A stretch of DNA of 64,000 nucleotides. It comes from Gammaproteobacteria bacterium AqS3. Lineage in GTDB: Bacteria; Pseudomonadota; Gammaproteobacteria; MEIF01; AqS3. Each line of letters starts with the position of its first letter. The stretch's first letter is position 1. A program made the translations under genes and the position numbers. This document shows, in pieces, positions 37,951 through 47,259 of the stretch. Location of the stretch: contig MEIF01000005.1 of the NCBI GenBank assembly GCA_001750645.1, positions 11,776 through 75,775 of the forward strand. The letters are read 5' to 3'. The notes under the pieces were generated by a model. The model was not told the DNA's origin. It was given only the letters and a program-made list of their open reading frames with translations, and ran no database searches.

Positions 37951-38018
37951 ATAAGTCACCGATAACGCCCCGGCTTTGCGCCCTTCTCCGCCGGCGATTT
38001 TATCGCCTGCACGTCGGG
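37951..38018 (-). repeat. 68-nt leader repeat upstream of GT2 copy A (partner 39189-39256)
   Basis: 64 of 68 nt are identical to the leader of copy B by manual count. The minus strand contains GGCGATAAAATCGCC (a 6-bp hairpin, also a GATAAAAT -10-like box). Confidence 0.8.
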
Positions 38019-38021
38019 TGT

Positions 38022-38240
38022 CCGAAGAATTTCCAGTTGCGGCTGGATGCGACGAACCGGTCGCACCAGGCCGCCGAACCGTCGCCAAATACTTCCCGGG
38101 GCTGCGCGATCAGACGGACGCGCACATCAAAATCATCTGTCCTCGCGCACAGAGCGCTGAGCGCCGGAGGCAGCCTGATGCTCTGAGGCCGGGCCCTGAT
38201 TGTTGCCGACATACTCTTCACCTCCGGGGTTCCACTTATA
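38022..38240 (-). pseudogene. Mosaic deletion scar made of fragments of the 305-aa glycosyltransferase gene and of wecB
   Basis: 38022-38066 aligns with 39826-39870 (38/45). 38069-38111 aligns with the wecB 3' end at 40229-40271 (39/43). 38111-38193 aligns with the wecB 5' region at 41240-41322 (about 63/83). The 73-aa track ORF 38000-38221 translates to a chimera (SALCARTDDFDVRVRLIAQ + PREVFGDGSAA + CDRFVASSRNWKFFG). Confidence 0.75.
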
Positions 38241-39188
38241 GGCCAGCCCCCAAGCGGCGCGCCAAAGACCTGCCGCGAATCCGAATGCCCTCAGCCCCGA
38301 TATCAGGCTGCGCCCCAGAGTCAGCGGCACCAAGGCCATAAACACCGCACCGTGCAGCAGTTTCCAGGCGATCACCACAAGCGCCAGCAGACACCGACCC
38401 GGATGCAGCCGCACTGGAGAGCCGTCGCGCTCAATGCCATAGCGCCACTGGACGGTATTGCGCTTTCTGGAGTAAACCGTCAGCGGACCAGAATGTTCAG
38501 CGGAAAAAATGTGCCAAACCCGGGCCTGCGGAGCCTGGGCAAGAGTGCCGCCACGCGCCTTCATGTCCTGATAAAAATGCCCGTCCTCGTTGTACTGATG
38601 GACAGGATCAAAACGCAGATTGTGGGTGCGCACGAAGTCGAGCCGGCACAGCCAGTTGCCGGTGCCGCAGCGGGGCTCCCTGAGCTCGACAGCGTGCTCA
38701 CCCTGGCGCACCAGTTTGTCAGACGCCATGCGTTGCCGCTCGCGGTGCCTGTGGCGCGCAATCCTGCTGCGCAGCATCCAGCCGGCCAAGCCGCCCGGAG
38801 CGTCCCTGGCCGGCTTTGGATCAACCCAGCCGCAGGTCAGGTCGGTGTCGAATTCGGCCTGGGCGGCCAGCAGCTCGACCATCCAGTCGGGATCGACCTC
38901 CTCGTCGTCGTCGACGAAGGCGAGAAAGTCGCAGCCCAGCTCCAGCGCCTTCTCCAGGGCTCGGTTGCGCCCGCGGGCAATGCCCTGCACCGGTTCGTGC
39001 AGGGCATGCACCGGAAGCCCCATGCGCTCGGCGAATGCTTGGCAGACCGGCTCGATGCTCAGACGATCATCGTTCTCGACAAAAATGAAATCGATGCGCA
39101 CTCCATCGGGCCTGTTCAGATGCGCCAGCGATTCCAGCAGGTTCCCGAACAATTTCGGGCGGCGGCGGGTCAGCGCGGCAATGGCCAT
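38133..39188 (-). CDS. Family-2 (GT-A) glycosyltransferase, copy B
   Basis: MAIAALTRRRPKLF...IDFIFVENDD...FLAFVDDDEE. It is very similar to copy C. Its last ~35 codons read into the degenerate wecB remnant, because the stop present in copy C has been lost. An alternative GTG start lies at 39197. Confidence 0.8.
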   Translation of the reverse strand: MAIAALTRRRPKLFGNLLESLAHLNRPDGVRIDFIFVENDDRLSIEPVCQAFAERMGLPVHALHEPVQGIARGRNRALEKALELGCDFLAFVDDDEEVDPDWMVELLAAQAEFDTDLTCGWVDPKPARDAPGGLAGWMLRSRIARHRHRERQRMASDKLVRQGEHAVELREPRCGTGNWLCRLDFVRTHNLRFDPVHQYNEDGHFYQDMKARGGTLAQAPQARVWHIFSAEHSGPLTVYSRKRNTVQWRYGIERDGSPVRLHPGRCLLALVVIAWKLLHGAVFMALVPLTLGRSLISGLRAFGFAAGLWRAAWGLAYKWNPGGEEYVGNNQGPASEHQAASGAQRSVREDR

Positions 39189-39256
39189 ATAAGTCACCGA
39201 TAGTGCCCCGGCTGTGCGCCCTTCTCCGCCGGCGATTTTATCGCCTGCACATCGGG
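39189..39256 (-). repeat. 68-nt leader repeat upstream of GT2 copy B (partner 37951-38018)
   Basis: See 37951-38018; 64 of 68 nt are identical. Confidence 0.8.
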
Positions 39257-39272
39257 ACCGAGTTCTGTCAAC

Positions 39273-40190
39273 TCACTCCCGCTCGCAGAGCAGCTGCCAG
39301 CCGTTGGCGCGGTAGTGGGCGATGACGGCATTGCGCTCATCGTCGTGGCCCGGGTGGTTGAGGTCTGAGGAGTGCTTCTGCTCATCGCCGCCCCGGATCA
39401 CCCCGATGGCCTCCGAGCTGTTGCTCCAGAGCGCATTCTGCCCCGGCGGGTGCGGCGGAACGAAGGTTTTCAGACCGCCGTATTTTTGTGCGCTGTAGCA
39501 CAGGTGCATGTCCTCGGAATTGCCGAGCGTGTAAGGCATCTCCCGCCACATCAACTCCAGCCAGTCGCGCCGCAGAAACCAGGTATGGCCGATGAAGTCG
39601 ACCTCCTGTGCCTGCTCCAGATAGGGTCCGCGCCAGCCGATGCGGTCGCTTTTGCGCTCAATGCCCGAGGCGGGAATGCGCATCCCCATGCCGCCGAGCG
39701 GGCCGCAGGTCTCGGCCGTCTCAATGGTGTTGATGCAGTTTTCCAGCCAGCGCTCGCCCGGAAGCATGTCGTCGTCAATCCAGTTGATGTAGCGCGTTTC
39801 GGCCATCAGGCCGAGGGCAAAGCGGCCGAAAAATTTCCAGTTGTAGTTGGACACGACGAAGCGGTCGCACAGCCCCGACAGGTCGGTCTGCGGTGTCGCA
39901 CCTCGGTTGCTCCAGATCCAGATCTCATCGGGCACGACGCTCTGGGCGCGAATCGCCTCGATCTGCGATTGCATGTAGTGGCTGCGCTCATAAGTGTTCA
40001 GGATGACCGTCACCCCCTCGGATCCGGCCGCCGCGCGTCCCGGCAGCGGCGCCTCGGAGACCGCATTCCACTCGATAGTCCCTGCACGCTGCGACAGCTG
40101 CGCACCGGCTCTGCGGGTGCGGAAGCGATCCCAGCGCTTGGTGATGCTGTGCACCGTCTTGTTCCAGCGCCGGCGAAGTCTGCCTTCCAT
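39273..40190 (-). CDS. Putative GT-A-fold glycosyltransferase (305 aa, DDD motif)
   Basis: VTVILNTYERSHYMQSQIEAIRAQSVVPDEIWIWSN and INWIDDDM resemble GT2/GT64-type nucleotide-sugar transferases. The start overlaps the wecB stop by 1 nt (TAATG). Confidence 0.6.
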   Translation of the reverse strand: MEGRLRRRWNKTVHSITKRWDRFRTRRAGAQLSQRAGTIEWNAVSEAPLPGRAAAGSEGVTVILNTYERSHYMQSQIEAIRAQSVVPDEIWIWSNRGATPQTDLSGLCDRFVVSNYNWKFFGRFALGLMAETRYINWIDDDMLPGERWLENCINTIETAETCGPLGGMGMRIPASGIERKSDRIGWRGPYLEQAQEVDFIGHTWFLRRDWLELMWREMPYTLGNSEDMHLCYSAQKYGGLKTFVPPHPPGQNALWSNSSEAIGVIRGGDEQKHSSDLNHPGHDDERNAVIAHYRANGWQLLCERE

Positions 40191-41358
40191 TAGCCTTGCT
40201 GTGCGGCCAGAATCTCGGCAATGCGCCGAGCCGCCGAGCCGTCGCCAAATATTTCCCGGGGCTGCGCCATCTGCCGGTAAACCGCCTCATCGCTCAGCAA
40301 TTCGGAAGCCGCCTTGAAAATCGCATCGGCGTCGGTGCCGACCAGCCGCGCCGCACCCGCCTCGACCGCTTCGGGACGCTCGGTGCTCTGACGCATTACG
40401 AGTACCGGCTTGCCCAGCGCCGGAGCCTCCTCCTGAATGCCCCCGCTGTCGGTCAGGATCAGCCTGCAGCTGCCCATCATCTCCACGAAGGGGCCGTATT
40501 CCAGCGGCTCCAACAGGTAGATATTGCGGCGGCCCGACAGCCGCCCATGCACCACCTGGCGCACATTGGGATTCAGGTGAACGGCATAAACCCAGTCGAC
40601 CCCAGGGTGGGCTTCGGCGAGCCGAACAATGCCGCTGCATACCCGATCAAGGCCCGCCCCGAAACTCTCGCGGCGATGGCCGGTGATCAGCACAAACGGG
40701 CGGACCGCCTCGCGGGACTGCTCAAGCGAATAGCCGGCCCGGGCAATGTCGGCGTTCACAGCAGTGCGCAGGGCGGCGTCGCCGGCAATGCGCGCGCGCA
40801 CCTCGAGCAGCGCGTCAATCACGGTGTTGCCGACCACGTTAACCTGCTCGTCAATGCCTGCGCGGGCGAGATTTTCGGCGGCACATTGGGTCGGACAGAA
40901 ATGGATGCTGGCCAGCTGACTGATGATGCGGCGATTAGCCTCCTCGGGAAACGGCGCCTTGAGCGATTCGGTTCGCAGCCCCGCCTCGACGTGCGCAACC
41001 GGCACAGAGTTGTAGAAAGCCGCCAGTGCGCAGGCAGCGGCGGTATTGGTGTCGCCCTGGACGATGGCCCAATCCGCATCAAAGCCGTCCGTGTTGAGCA
41101 GCGCATCCGCCTGGACAAGCGCCGCCGAGGTGCTCTGCACCAGCGATTGATCCGGTTGCATCAGCGGGCTGTCGATATCGATATCGAGTTCGGGAAACCA
41201 TTTCAGGGTCTGATCCAGAATCTGACGGTGCTGAGCCAGCAGACAAACGCGCACTTCAAAATCATCGGCGCGCGCGCGCAGGGCGCTGACCACCGGAGCC
41301 AGCTTGACGGCTTCGGGTCGGGTGCCGATGAAGACGGCAATGCGCCGGGGTGCGGCAC
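40190..41358 (-). CDS. wecB: UDP-N-acetylglucosamine 2-epimerase (non-hydrolysing)
   Basis: RIAVFIGTRPEAVKLAPVV..., HVEAGLRT, VLITGHRRESFG, LILTDSGGIQEEAPALGKPVLVMR and IFGDGSAARRI. The GTG start at 41358 directly follows the GT2-C stop (TGAGTG). Confidence 0.9.
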
Positions 41359-42333
41359 TCACAGGGCAGCGCCCCGCGCGGCGCGCCAAAGGCCTGCTGC
41401 GAATCCGAATGCCCGCAGACCTGAAAACAGGCTGCGCCCCAGAGTCAGCGGCGCCAAGATCATGAACACCGCACCGTGCAGCAGTTTCCAAGCGATCATT
41501 GCGAGCGCCATCAGCCACTGACGCAAGCCGAATGGCACAGGGGAGCCATCGGGCTCAATGCCATAGCGCACCTGAACAGCGTTGCGCTTTCTGCGGTAGA
41601 TCGACAGCGCTCCAGCGCTTTCAGCGGAAAAAATGTGCCAGACCCGGGCACGCCGAGCCTGGGCAAGAGTGCCTCCGAGCGCTTTCATCCTCTGATAAAA
41701 ATTCTGATCCTCCTCGCGCTTAAAGGTTGGATCAAACCGCAGATCGTGGGTGCGCGCGAAGTCGAGCCGAAACAGCCAGTTGCCGGTGCCGCACTGGGGA
41801 TGTGCTGCCACCACCGCATGCTCTCCTTGGCGCACAAGTTTTTCAGGAAGCAGCCGTTGCCTCTCACGCTCCCGGTAGCGATCCAGCCTGTACTGGAGCA
41901 TCCATCCGGCCATGCCGCCCGGGGCGTCATCAGGGATCTTCGAATAAACCCAGCCGCAGGTCAGGTCGGTGTCGAACTCGGCCTGGGCGGCCAGCAGCTC
42001 GACCATCCAGTCGGCATCGACCTCCTCGTCGTCGTCGACGAAGGCGAGAAAGTCGCAGCCCAGATCCAGCGCCTTTTCCAGAGCCTGGTTGCGCCCCAGG
42101 GAAATTCCCTGGACGGGCTCGTGCAGGACGTGCACCGGAAGCCCCGTGCGCTCGGCGAATGCCTGGCAGACCGGTTCGATGCTCAGCTGTTCATCGTTTT
42201 CGACGAAGATGTAGTCGATGCGCACGCCGTCGGGTGTCCTCAAGTGCATCAGCGATTCCAGCAGATTTTCAAACAGCTTCGGGCGGCGGCGGGTCAGCGC
42301 CGCAATCGCCACATACACTCGATCATGCACCAC
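41359..42333 (-). CDS. Family-2 (GT-A) glycosyltransferase, copy C
   Basis: VAIAALTRRRPKLF...IDYIFVENDE...FLAFVDDDEE. The GTG start overlaps the stop of the upstream lipoprotein gene by 1 nt. Confidence 0.8.
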   Translation of the reverse strand: MVHDRVYVAIAALTRRRPKLFENLLESLMHLRTPDGVRIDYIFVENDEQLSIEPVCQAFAERTGLPVHVLHEPVQGISLGRNQALEKALDLGCDFLAFVDDDEEVDADWMVELLAAQAEFDTDLTCGWVYSKIPDDAPGGMAGWMLQYRLDRYRERERQRLLPEKLVRQGEHAVVAAHPQCGTGNWLFRLDFARTHDLRFDPTFKREEDQNFYQRMKALGGTLAQARRARVWHIFSAESAGALSIYRRKRNAVQVRYGIEPDGSPVPFGLRQWLMALAMIAWKLLHGAVFMILAPLTLGRSLFSGLRAFGFAAGLWRAARGAAL

Positions 42334-42845
42334 TACCAGTCCAGCTTGGAGAACAGCCGGCGCAGCGCCTTGGAAATGGAGCGCTTGTCGAGATTCTCAA
42401 GCTCCACGCTGCGCTCAATCGAGCCAAAGGCGATCTGGCCGCCGCCCTCGCCCGCCTCCCGCAGCCGCAGGGAAAAGCGCAGCTTGCCCTGTTCGCTGGC
42501 GAGGTGGCGCCCCGTGTCGACTCCGGTGCGCAGGCCGATGCCGTAGCGGTCCATCATGCCCCGGCGGGTATGCACCACGCCGATGGCAAAGCTCGCCAGC
42601 AGCTGCGGGTTTTCATTGACCGGCTGCAGCCCCATCTCGACCAGCTCCGACTCCAGCACTTCTCTGGCGCGCTGGGGCAGGTTGGGATGCGCCGCCAGCT
42701 GCGCCCCCTGGACTTGGCTGGACTGAACCGCAAAGGTCTGATAGTGCGACAGGATGCCCCTTCCCTCATCCGAAACGCCGCGCGCACAGCCGGCGAGCAG
42801 CAGCACGATCAGACCAATCAAAACACCGAGGGGGCGCAAATCCAT
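42333..42845 (-). CDS. Lipoprotein (DUF4136-like)
   Basis: MDLRPLGVLIGLIVLLLAGC carries a lipobox, followed by YQTFAV... The start is chosen at 42845. The longer track ORF would run into the divergent acyl-CoA dehydrogenase gene. Confidence 0.55.
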   Translation of the reverse strand: MDLRPLGVLIGLIVLLLAGCARGVSDEGRGILSHYQTFAVQSSQVQGAQLAAHPNLPQRAREVLESELVEMGLQPVNENPQLLASFAIGVVHTRRGMMDRYGIGLRTGVDTGRHLASEQGKLRFSLRLREAGEGGGQIAFGSIERSVELENLDKRSISKALRRLFSKLDW

Positions 42846-42906
42846 GCCGCAGACCGTCATATTTACGGTTTGAGCAGAAATCATAACAGGGCAAATGGTC
42901 TCTATG

Positions 42907-42920
42907 TAATAATCCCGCCC
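42907..42920 (+). promoter_or_regulatory. Putative -10 box with GC-rich discriminator (TAATAATCCCGCCC)
   Basis: It ends 24 nt upstream of the acyl-CoA dehydrogenase ATG at 42944 and shares AATCCCGCCC with the boxes at 17261 and 24854. Confidence 0.3.
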
Positions 42921-42943
42921 CTGCGCAGCGGCGGGAATGACCC

Positions 42944-44134
42944 ATGGATATCCAACAATTTCGCAGTGAAACGCGCTCCTGGCTTGAAGCCAACTGCCCC
43001 GAAGAAATGCGCGCACCGGGAGGCGGCGAGGCCGATATGGTCTGGGGCGGGCGGGATGCAGAGTTTCCCAGCCCTGCGGCCGAGCAGTGGCTGCGGGTCA
43101 TGGCCGAGCGCGGCTGGACCGCCCCGACCTGGCCGGCCGAATACGGCGGCGGCGGCCTGGACCCGGACGAAAATCTCGTGCTGCAGTCCGAGCTGAGGCG
43201 CATCAAGGCACGCCCGCCGCTGGTCGGCATGGGGCTGTCGATGCTGGGGCCGGTGCTGCTGGAATTCGCCAGCGATGCGCAGCGCGCCGAACACCTCCCC
43301 AAGATCATCAACGGCGAGATTCGCTGGTGCCAGGGCTACTCCGAGCCGGGCGCCGGCTCCGATCTGGCCAGCCTCGCCACAAAATGCGAGGACAGGGGCG
43401 ATCACTGGCTCGTCAACGGCCAAAAAGTCTGGACCTCTTACGCCGATCAGTGCGACTGGATTTTCGCCCTGGTGCGCACCGGCCCGAGCGAGCCGAAGCA
43501 TCAGGGGATCAGCTTCGTGCTGATCGACATGGCCTCCGAGGGGGTCTCGACCAAGCCGATCACGCTGATCAGCGGCGCCTCGCCGTTCTGCGAGACCTTC
43601 TTTGACAACGTCAAGGTGCCCAAGGAAAACCTGATCGGCGAGCTCAACAAGGGCTGGAGCATTGCCAAGCGCCTGCTGGAGCACGAGCGCACGATGCTCT
43701 CGGCCATGGGCGGCGGGGCACGTGCCGGCGGCTTTGACATCGTCGACATCGCCCGGCGCCACATCGGCACCGACGCATCCGGGCAGCTGCGCAGCCGGGG
43801 GGCGCGCGGCGAGCTCACCCAGTGGCTGATCGACAGCCGCGCCTTTGCCCTGACGCTGAAGCGCTGGAGGGAGGAGTCCAAGGCCGAGGGGCCCAGCCCG
43901 ACCGCCTCGATGTTCAAGCTCTACGCCAGCGAGCTCAACAAGCGCCGCTACGAGCTGATGCTGCAGCTCTACGGCAATGAAATGCTCGGCTGGGAGGGCG
44001 AGGGCTTTGACGCGGGCAACCTCAGGCACACCCGCGCCTGGCTGCGCTCCAAGGCCAACTCGATCGAGGGGGGCACCTCGGAGGTGCAGCTCAACGTCAT
44101 CGCCAAGCGCGTCCTGAAGCTGGGGGTCGAGTAA
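42944..44134 (+). CDS. Acyl-CoA dehydrogenase family protein
   Basis: 396 aa with WCQGYSEPGAGSDLASL, WLVNGQKVWTSYA and a C-terminal IEGGTSEVQLNVIAKRVL. Confidence 0.85.
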   Translation: MDIQQFRSETRSWLEANCPEEMRAPGGGEADMVWGGRDAEFPSPAAEQWLRVMAERGWTAPTWPAEYGGGGLDPDENLVLQSELRRIKARPPLVGMGLSMLGPVLLEFASDAQRAEHLPKIINGEIRWCQGYSEPGAGSDLASLATKCEDRGDHWLVNGQKVWTSYADQCDWIFALVRTGPSEPKHQGISFVLIDMASEGVSTKPITLISGASPFCETFFDNVKVPKENLIGELNKGWSIAKRLLEHERTMLSAMGGGARAGGFDIVDIARRHIGTDASGQLRSRGARGELTQWLIDSRAFALTLKRWREESKAEGPSPTASMFKLYASELNKRRYELMLQLYGNEMLGWEGEGFDAGNLRHTRAWLRSKANSIEGGTSEVQLNVIAKRVLKLGVE

Positions 44135-45270
44135 TGGGGCTTCTGCTGAACGAGGAACAGCGGCTGCTGCGGGATGGCGCCCTCGGCTGGCTCGGCAGCG
44201 CCGCCCCGGTGGACAGGTTCCGCGCCATGCGCGATGCAGGGTCGACCTTCTCAGCCGATCTGTGGCAGGGCGCCTGCGAGCAGGGCTATCCCGGGATATG
44301 GATCCAGCCCGAGCACAGCGGCGCCGGTTTCGGCACGCAGGGAATGGGGGTGCTCGCCCAGGCGATGGGGCGCAACCTGTCCCCGCTGCCGCTGGTCTCC
44401 AGCGCCCTCATCTGCCCCATGCTGATCGAGCGGCTCGGCACCGAAGCACAGAAGCGCGAATGGCTGGAGCAATTCGCCGCAGGAGCGGTGCGCGGCGCCC
44501 TGGCGGTGGACGAGGCTCCCCACCACGATGTCAGCACGACCGAGCTCTCGGCCGCACCCGACGGCGACGGCCACATCCTCAGCGGCAGCAAAACCTTCGT
44601 CATGGACGGCGCCCATGCACAGCTGCTGCTCGTCGCCGCGCGCACCTCAGGCGCCTCCGGCGAGCTGGACGGCCTGAGCGTGTTTCTGGTCGACCCGAAG
44701 ACACCGGGGCTCTCGATGCGCCCGCTGAGCGCCGTCGATTCGCGCGACTGGGCGGGCCTCGAATTGGACGGCGTGCGCCTCGGCGCCGACGCCCTGCTGG
44801 GGGCATCGCCGGGGAGTGCCGGCGCCGGGCTCGAGGCGGTTCTGGATCACGCCCGCGCCGTGATCGCCGCAGAAATGCTGGGCATGGCCGAGGAGCTGTT
44901 CGACCGCACTCTGGAATACCTGCGCGAGCGCCGGCAGTTCGGCAGCGCCATCGGATCGTTTCAGGGGCTGCAGCACCGCGCCAGCTGGATGTTCTGCGAG
45001 ATCGAATTGCTCAAGTCGGCGGTGCATCAGGCTCTGAGCGCCCTGGATGAGCGCAGCGAGGAGGCCGCCGTGCTGACGAGCCTGGCCAAGTCAAAGGCCG
45101 GCGAGGTGCTGCATCTCATCAGCAATGAGGCGGTGCAGATGCACGGCGGCATGGGCGTCACCGACGAGCTGGATCTGGGGCTGTTTCTGAAGCGCGCCCG
45201 CACGCTGGAGATGCTCTACGGCTCGCGCCACTTCCACGCCGATCGCTTCGCCGAGCTGAGCGGCTACTAG
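44134..45270 (+). CDS. Acyl-CoA dehydrogenase family protein (second, paired subunit-like)
   Basis: 378 aa with the RRQFGSAIGSFQGLQHR block and AVQMHGGMGVTDE. The ATG overlaps the upstream stop (TAATG). Confidence 0.85.
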   Translation: MGLLLNEEQRLLRDGALGWLGSAAPVDRFRAMRDAGSTFSADLWQGACEQGYPGIWIQPEHSGAGFGTQGMGVLAQAMGRNLSPLPLVSSALICPMLIERLGTEAQKREWLEQFAAGAVRGALAVDEAPHHDVSTTELSAAPDGDGHILSGSKTFVMDGAHAQLLLVAARTSGASGELDGLSVFLVDPKTPGLSMRPLSAVDSRDWAGLELDGVRLGADALLGASPGSAGAGLEAVLDHARAVIAAEMLGMAEELFDRTLEYLRERRQFGSAIGSFQGLQHRASWMFCEIELLKSAVHQALSALDERSEEAAVLTSLAKSKAGEVLHLISNEAVQMHGGMGVTDELDLGLFLKRARTLEMLYGSRHFHADRFAELSGY

Positions 45271-45472
45271 ACCGACCCTGTGCTCGTGCAGCCCCGCCGC
45301 CCGGCGGCAGCACGATGCGGGAACAAAAAGCCGGCCCGAGCAGCCTAACATTGCGGACTGTCTCATCCTGCGAGACTGGCATCTTCGACGTCCTGCACCG
45401 GTCAGCTCCGCCCTCGGAGGGTCGCCCCTCGGCGATCGGTCGCAGCGTCCGGAAGCCGTTTTCCTGCGTAAA

Positions 45473-46390
45473 ATGCGGGACGCACAATCGACCGGGCCTG
45501 CCTTGAAGCCTTGGCAGACGATCCTAGGGACGCTGAGCGCCGCTCTGGCGGGGGCGCTGCTGGCTTGGGCGGGCAGCGACAACAGCGCCTCCGCCCTCGG
45601 TGACATTCCCCTGTTTGCCCTGTGCGTGGCCGGCGCCTTCGCCATCCAGTGGCTGGCCTACATCCCGGCACAGCTGCTGAAGTCGGAGCGCTTTTTTGAT
45701 CTCACCGGCGCTGCAACCTACATCCTCGCACTCGGAACCGCCCTGCTGCTGGCGGCTGAGTGGGATCTGCGGCGCGTCGTGCTGTTCGCCCTGGTGACGA
45801 TCTGGGCGGTGCGCCTCGGCGGATTCCTGTTCGTCCGGATTCAGCAGAGCGGCGGCGACGGGCGTTTTGACCGCATCAAACTCAGCGCCCCCTGGTTCCT
45901 CATGGCCTGGACGCTCCAGGGGCTGTGGGTGTCGCTGACCGCCGCCTGCGCTCTGGCGGCGATCACCTCGATGCACAGCGAAGCGCCCGACATCTCCCTC
46001 GGGCTGGGCGTCATCCTGTGGGCGGCCGGCTTCCTGATCGAGGTCGCCGCCGACCGCCAAAAGGCACACTTCAACGCCCGGCCGGAAAACACCGGTGCAT
46101 TCATTCGCACCGGGCTGTGGGCGTGGTCCAGGCACCCCAACTACTTCGGGGAAATCCTGCTGTGGTTCGGCATCGCCGTGGCCGCCGCCCCGGCCCTGGG
46201 CGGATTCCAGCTGATCTGCCTCATCTCCCCGCTCTACGTATCGCTGCAGCTGACGCGCATCAGCGGCATCAACATGCTCACGGCCCGGGGGCTGAAAAAA
46301 TGGGGCGACGAGCCCGCCTACCGGGAATACCTGGCCGAGACGCCGGCGCTGATTCCCGCAGCGCCAAAGCACCGGACGGCGCCCTCGTGA
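45473..46390 (+). CDS. DUF1295 / steroid-5-alpha-reductase-like membrane protein
   Basis: Multi-TM protein with a C-terminal GLWAWSRHPNYFGEILLWFG motif. Confidence 0.7.
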   Translation: MRDAQSTGPALKPWQTILGTLSAALAGALLAWAGSDNSASALGDIPLFALCVAGAFAIQWLAYIPAQLLKSERFFDLTGAATYILALGTALLLAAEWDLRRVVLFALVTIWAVRLGGFLFVRIQQSGGDGRFDRIKLSAPWFLMAWTLQGLWVSLTAACALAAITSMHSEAPDISLGLGVILWAAGFLIEVAADRQKAHFNARPENTGAFIRTGLWAWSRHPNYFGEILLWFGIAVAAAPALGGFQLICLISPLYVSLQLTRISGINMLTARGLKKWGDEPAYREYLAETPALIPAAPKHRTAPS

Positions 46391-46401
46391 TCGATGCACA
46401 G

Positions 46402-47259
46402 ATGCCGATGAATTGGCGGCGCCACCTGCTGGCGCTGGCGAGCATCACCTACATGACCCTCAACCTGCTGTTCTGGACGCCCATCCTGCTGGCGCTGCTG
46501 CCGTTCAAGCTGCTGCTGCCGGAGCGCTGGAAAGCCCCCCTGCACCGGCTGCTGAACGCCATATACCGCTGCGGGGTGGGGGTTCACGATTTCTGGCTGC
46601 GCCGGGTTCTGCGCGTGCGCTGGCCCAAGCCGCTGAAGCCGGGGCATCCCGAACACCCCTGCCTGGTGCTCTGCAACCACGCCAGCTGGGCCGATGCGCT
46701 GCTGGTGCAGAGCGTCATGGCGCACGCCGGCTACACCATCGTGGCGCTGTCCAAGCGCAAGCTGATGTACGTGCCGATGCTGGGGCTGATTTTCTTCATG
46801 TTTGATTTTCCGATGCTGCGGCGCGCCAAACAGAATCCGAAGAAGGCGCCGCCCAGCTCCAGGGTTGCATCGGACGTTGAGCGCATCCGGCAGACCTGTG
46901 CAAAGGTTCTCAACCTGCCGGCTGCGATTCTCGATTTTGCCGAGGGCACGCGCTGGAGCCCGCAGAAGCACGTGCAGAGCAACAGCCCCTTCTCCAACCT
47001 GCTGCCGCCCCGGATCGGGGGTTTCTCGGCGCTGTGCCAGGCGCTGGACACCCCCGGCTCCTTCATCGCCGACATCACCATCGTCTATCCCCACCCCTGC
47101 AGTTTCTGGGAATTCCTGGCCGGGACAGCCCGAAACATTGAGATTGACCTGCAGAGTCTGCCGCTGCCCGACCTCTCCCGAATCGATGCCGCCGCCTGGC
47201 TGACCGAACGCTGGCACAGAAAGGACGAACTGCTGAACCGGCGCCACACCCCGTCATAG
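46402..47259 (+). CDS. Lysophospholipid acyltransferase-family protein (YihG-like)
   Basis: An N-terminal TM segment, the acyltransferase HX4D motif (CNHASWAD), and the FAEGTR block. Confidence 0.7.
   Translation: MPMNWRRHLLALASITYMTLNLLFWTPILLALLPFKLLLPERWKAPLHRLLNAIYRCGVGVHDFWLRRVLRVRWPKPLKPGHPEHPCLVLCNHASWADALLVQSVMAHAGYTIVALSKRKLMYVPMLGLIFFMFDFPMLRRAKQNPKKAPPSSRVASDVERIRQTCAKVLNLPAAILDFAEGTRWSPQKHVQSNSPFSNLLPPRIGGFSALCQALDTPGSFIADITIVYPHPCSFWEFLAGTARNIEIDLQSLPLPDLSRIDAAAWLTERWHRKDELLNRRHTPS

Noticed and set aside
38000-38221. 73-aa ORF that could be annotated as a small gene between GT2-A and GT2-B.
   Set aside because: Its translation is a chimera of three fragments of wecB and the 305-aa glycosyltransferase, so I treat it as a pseudogene scar.
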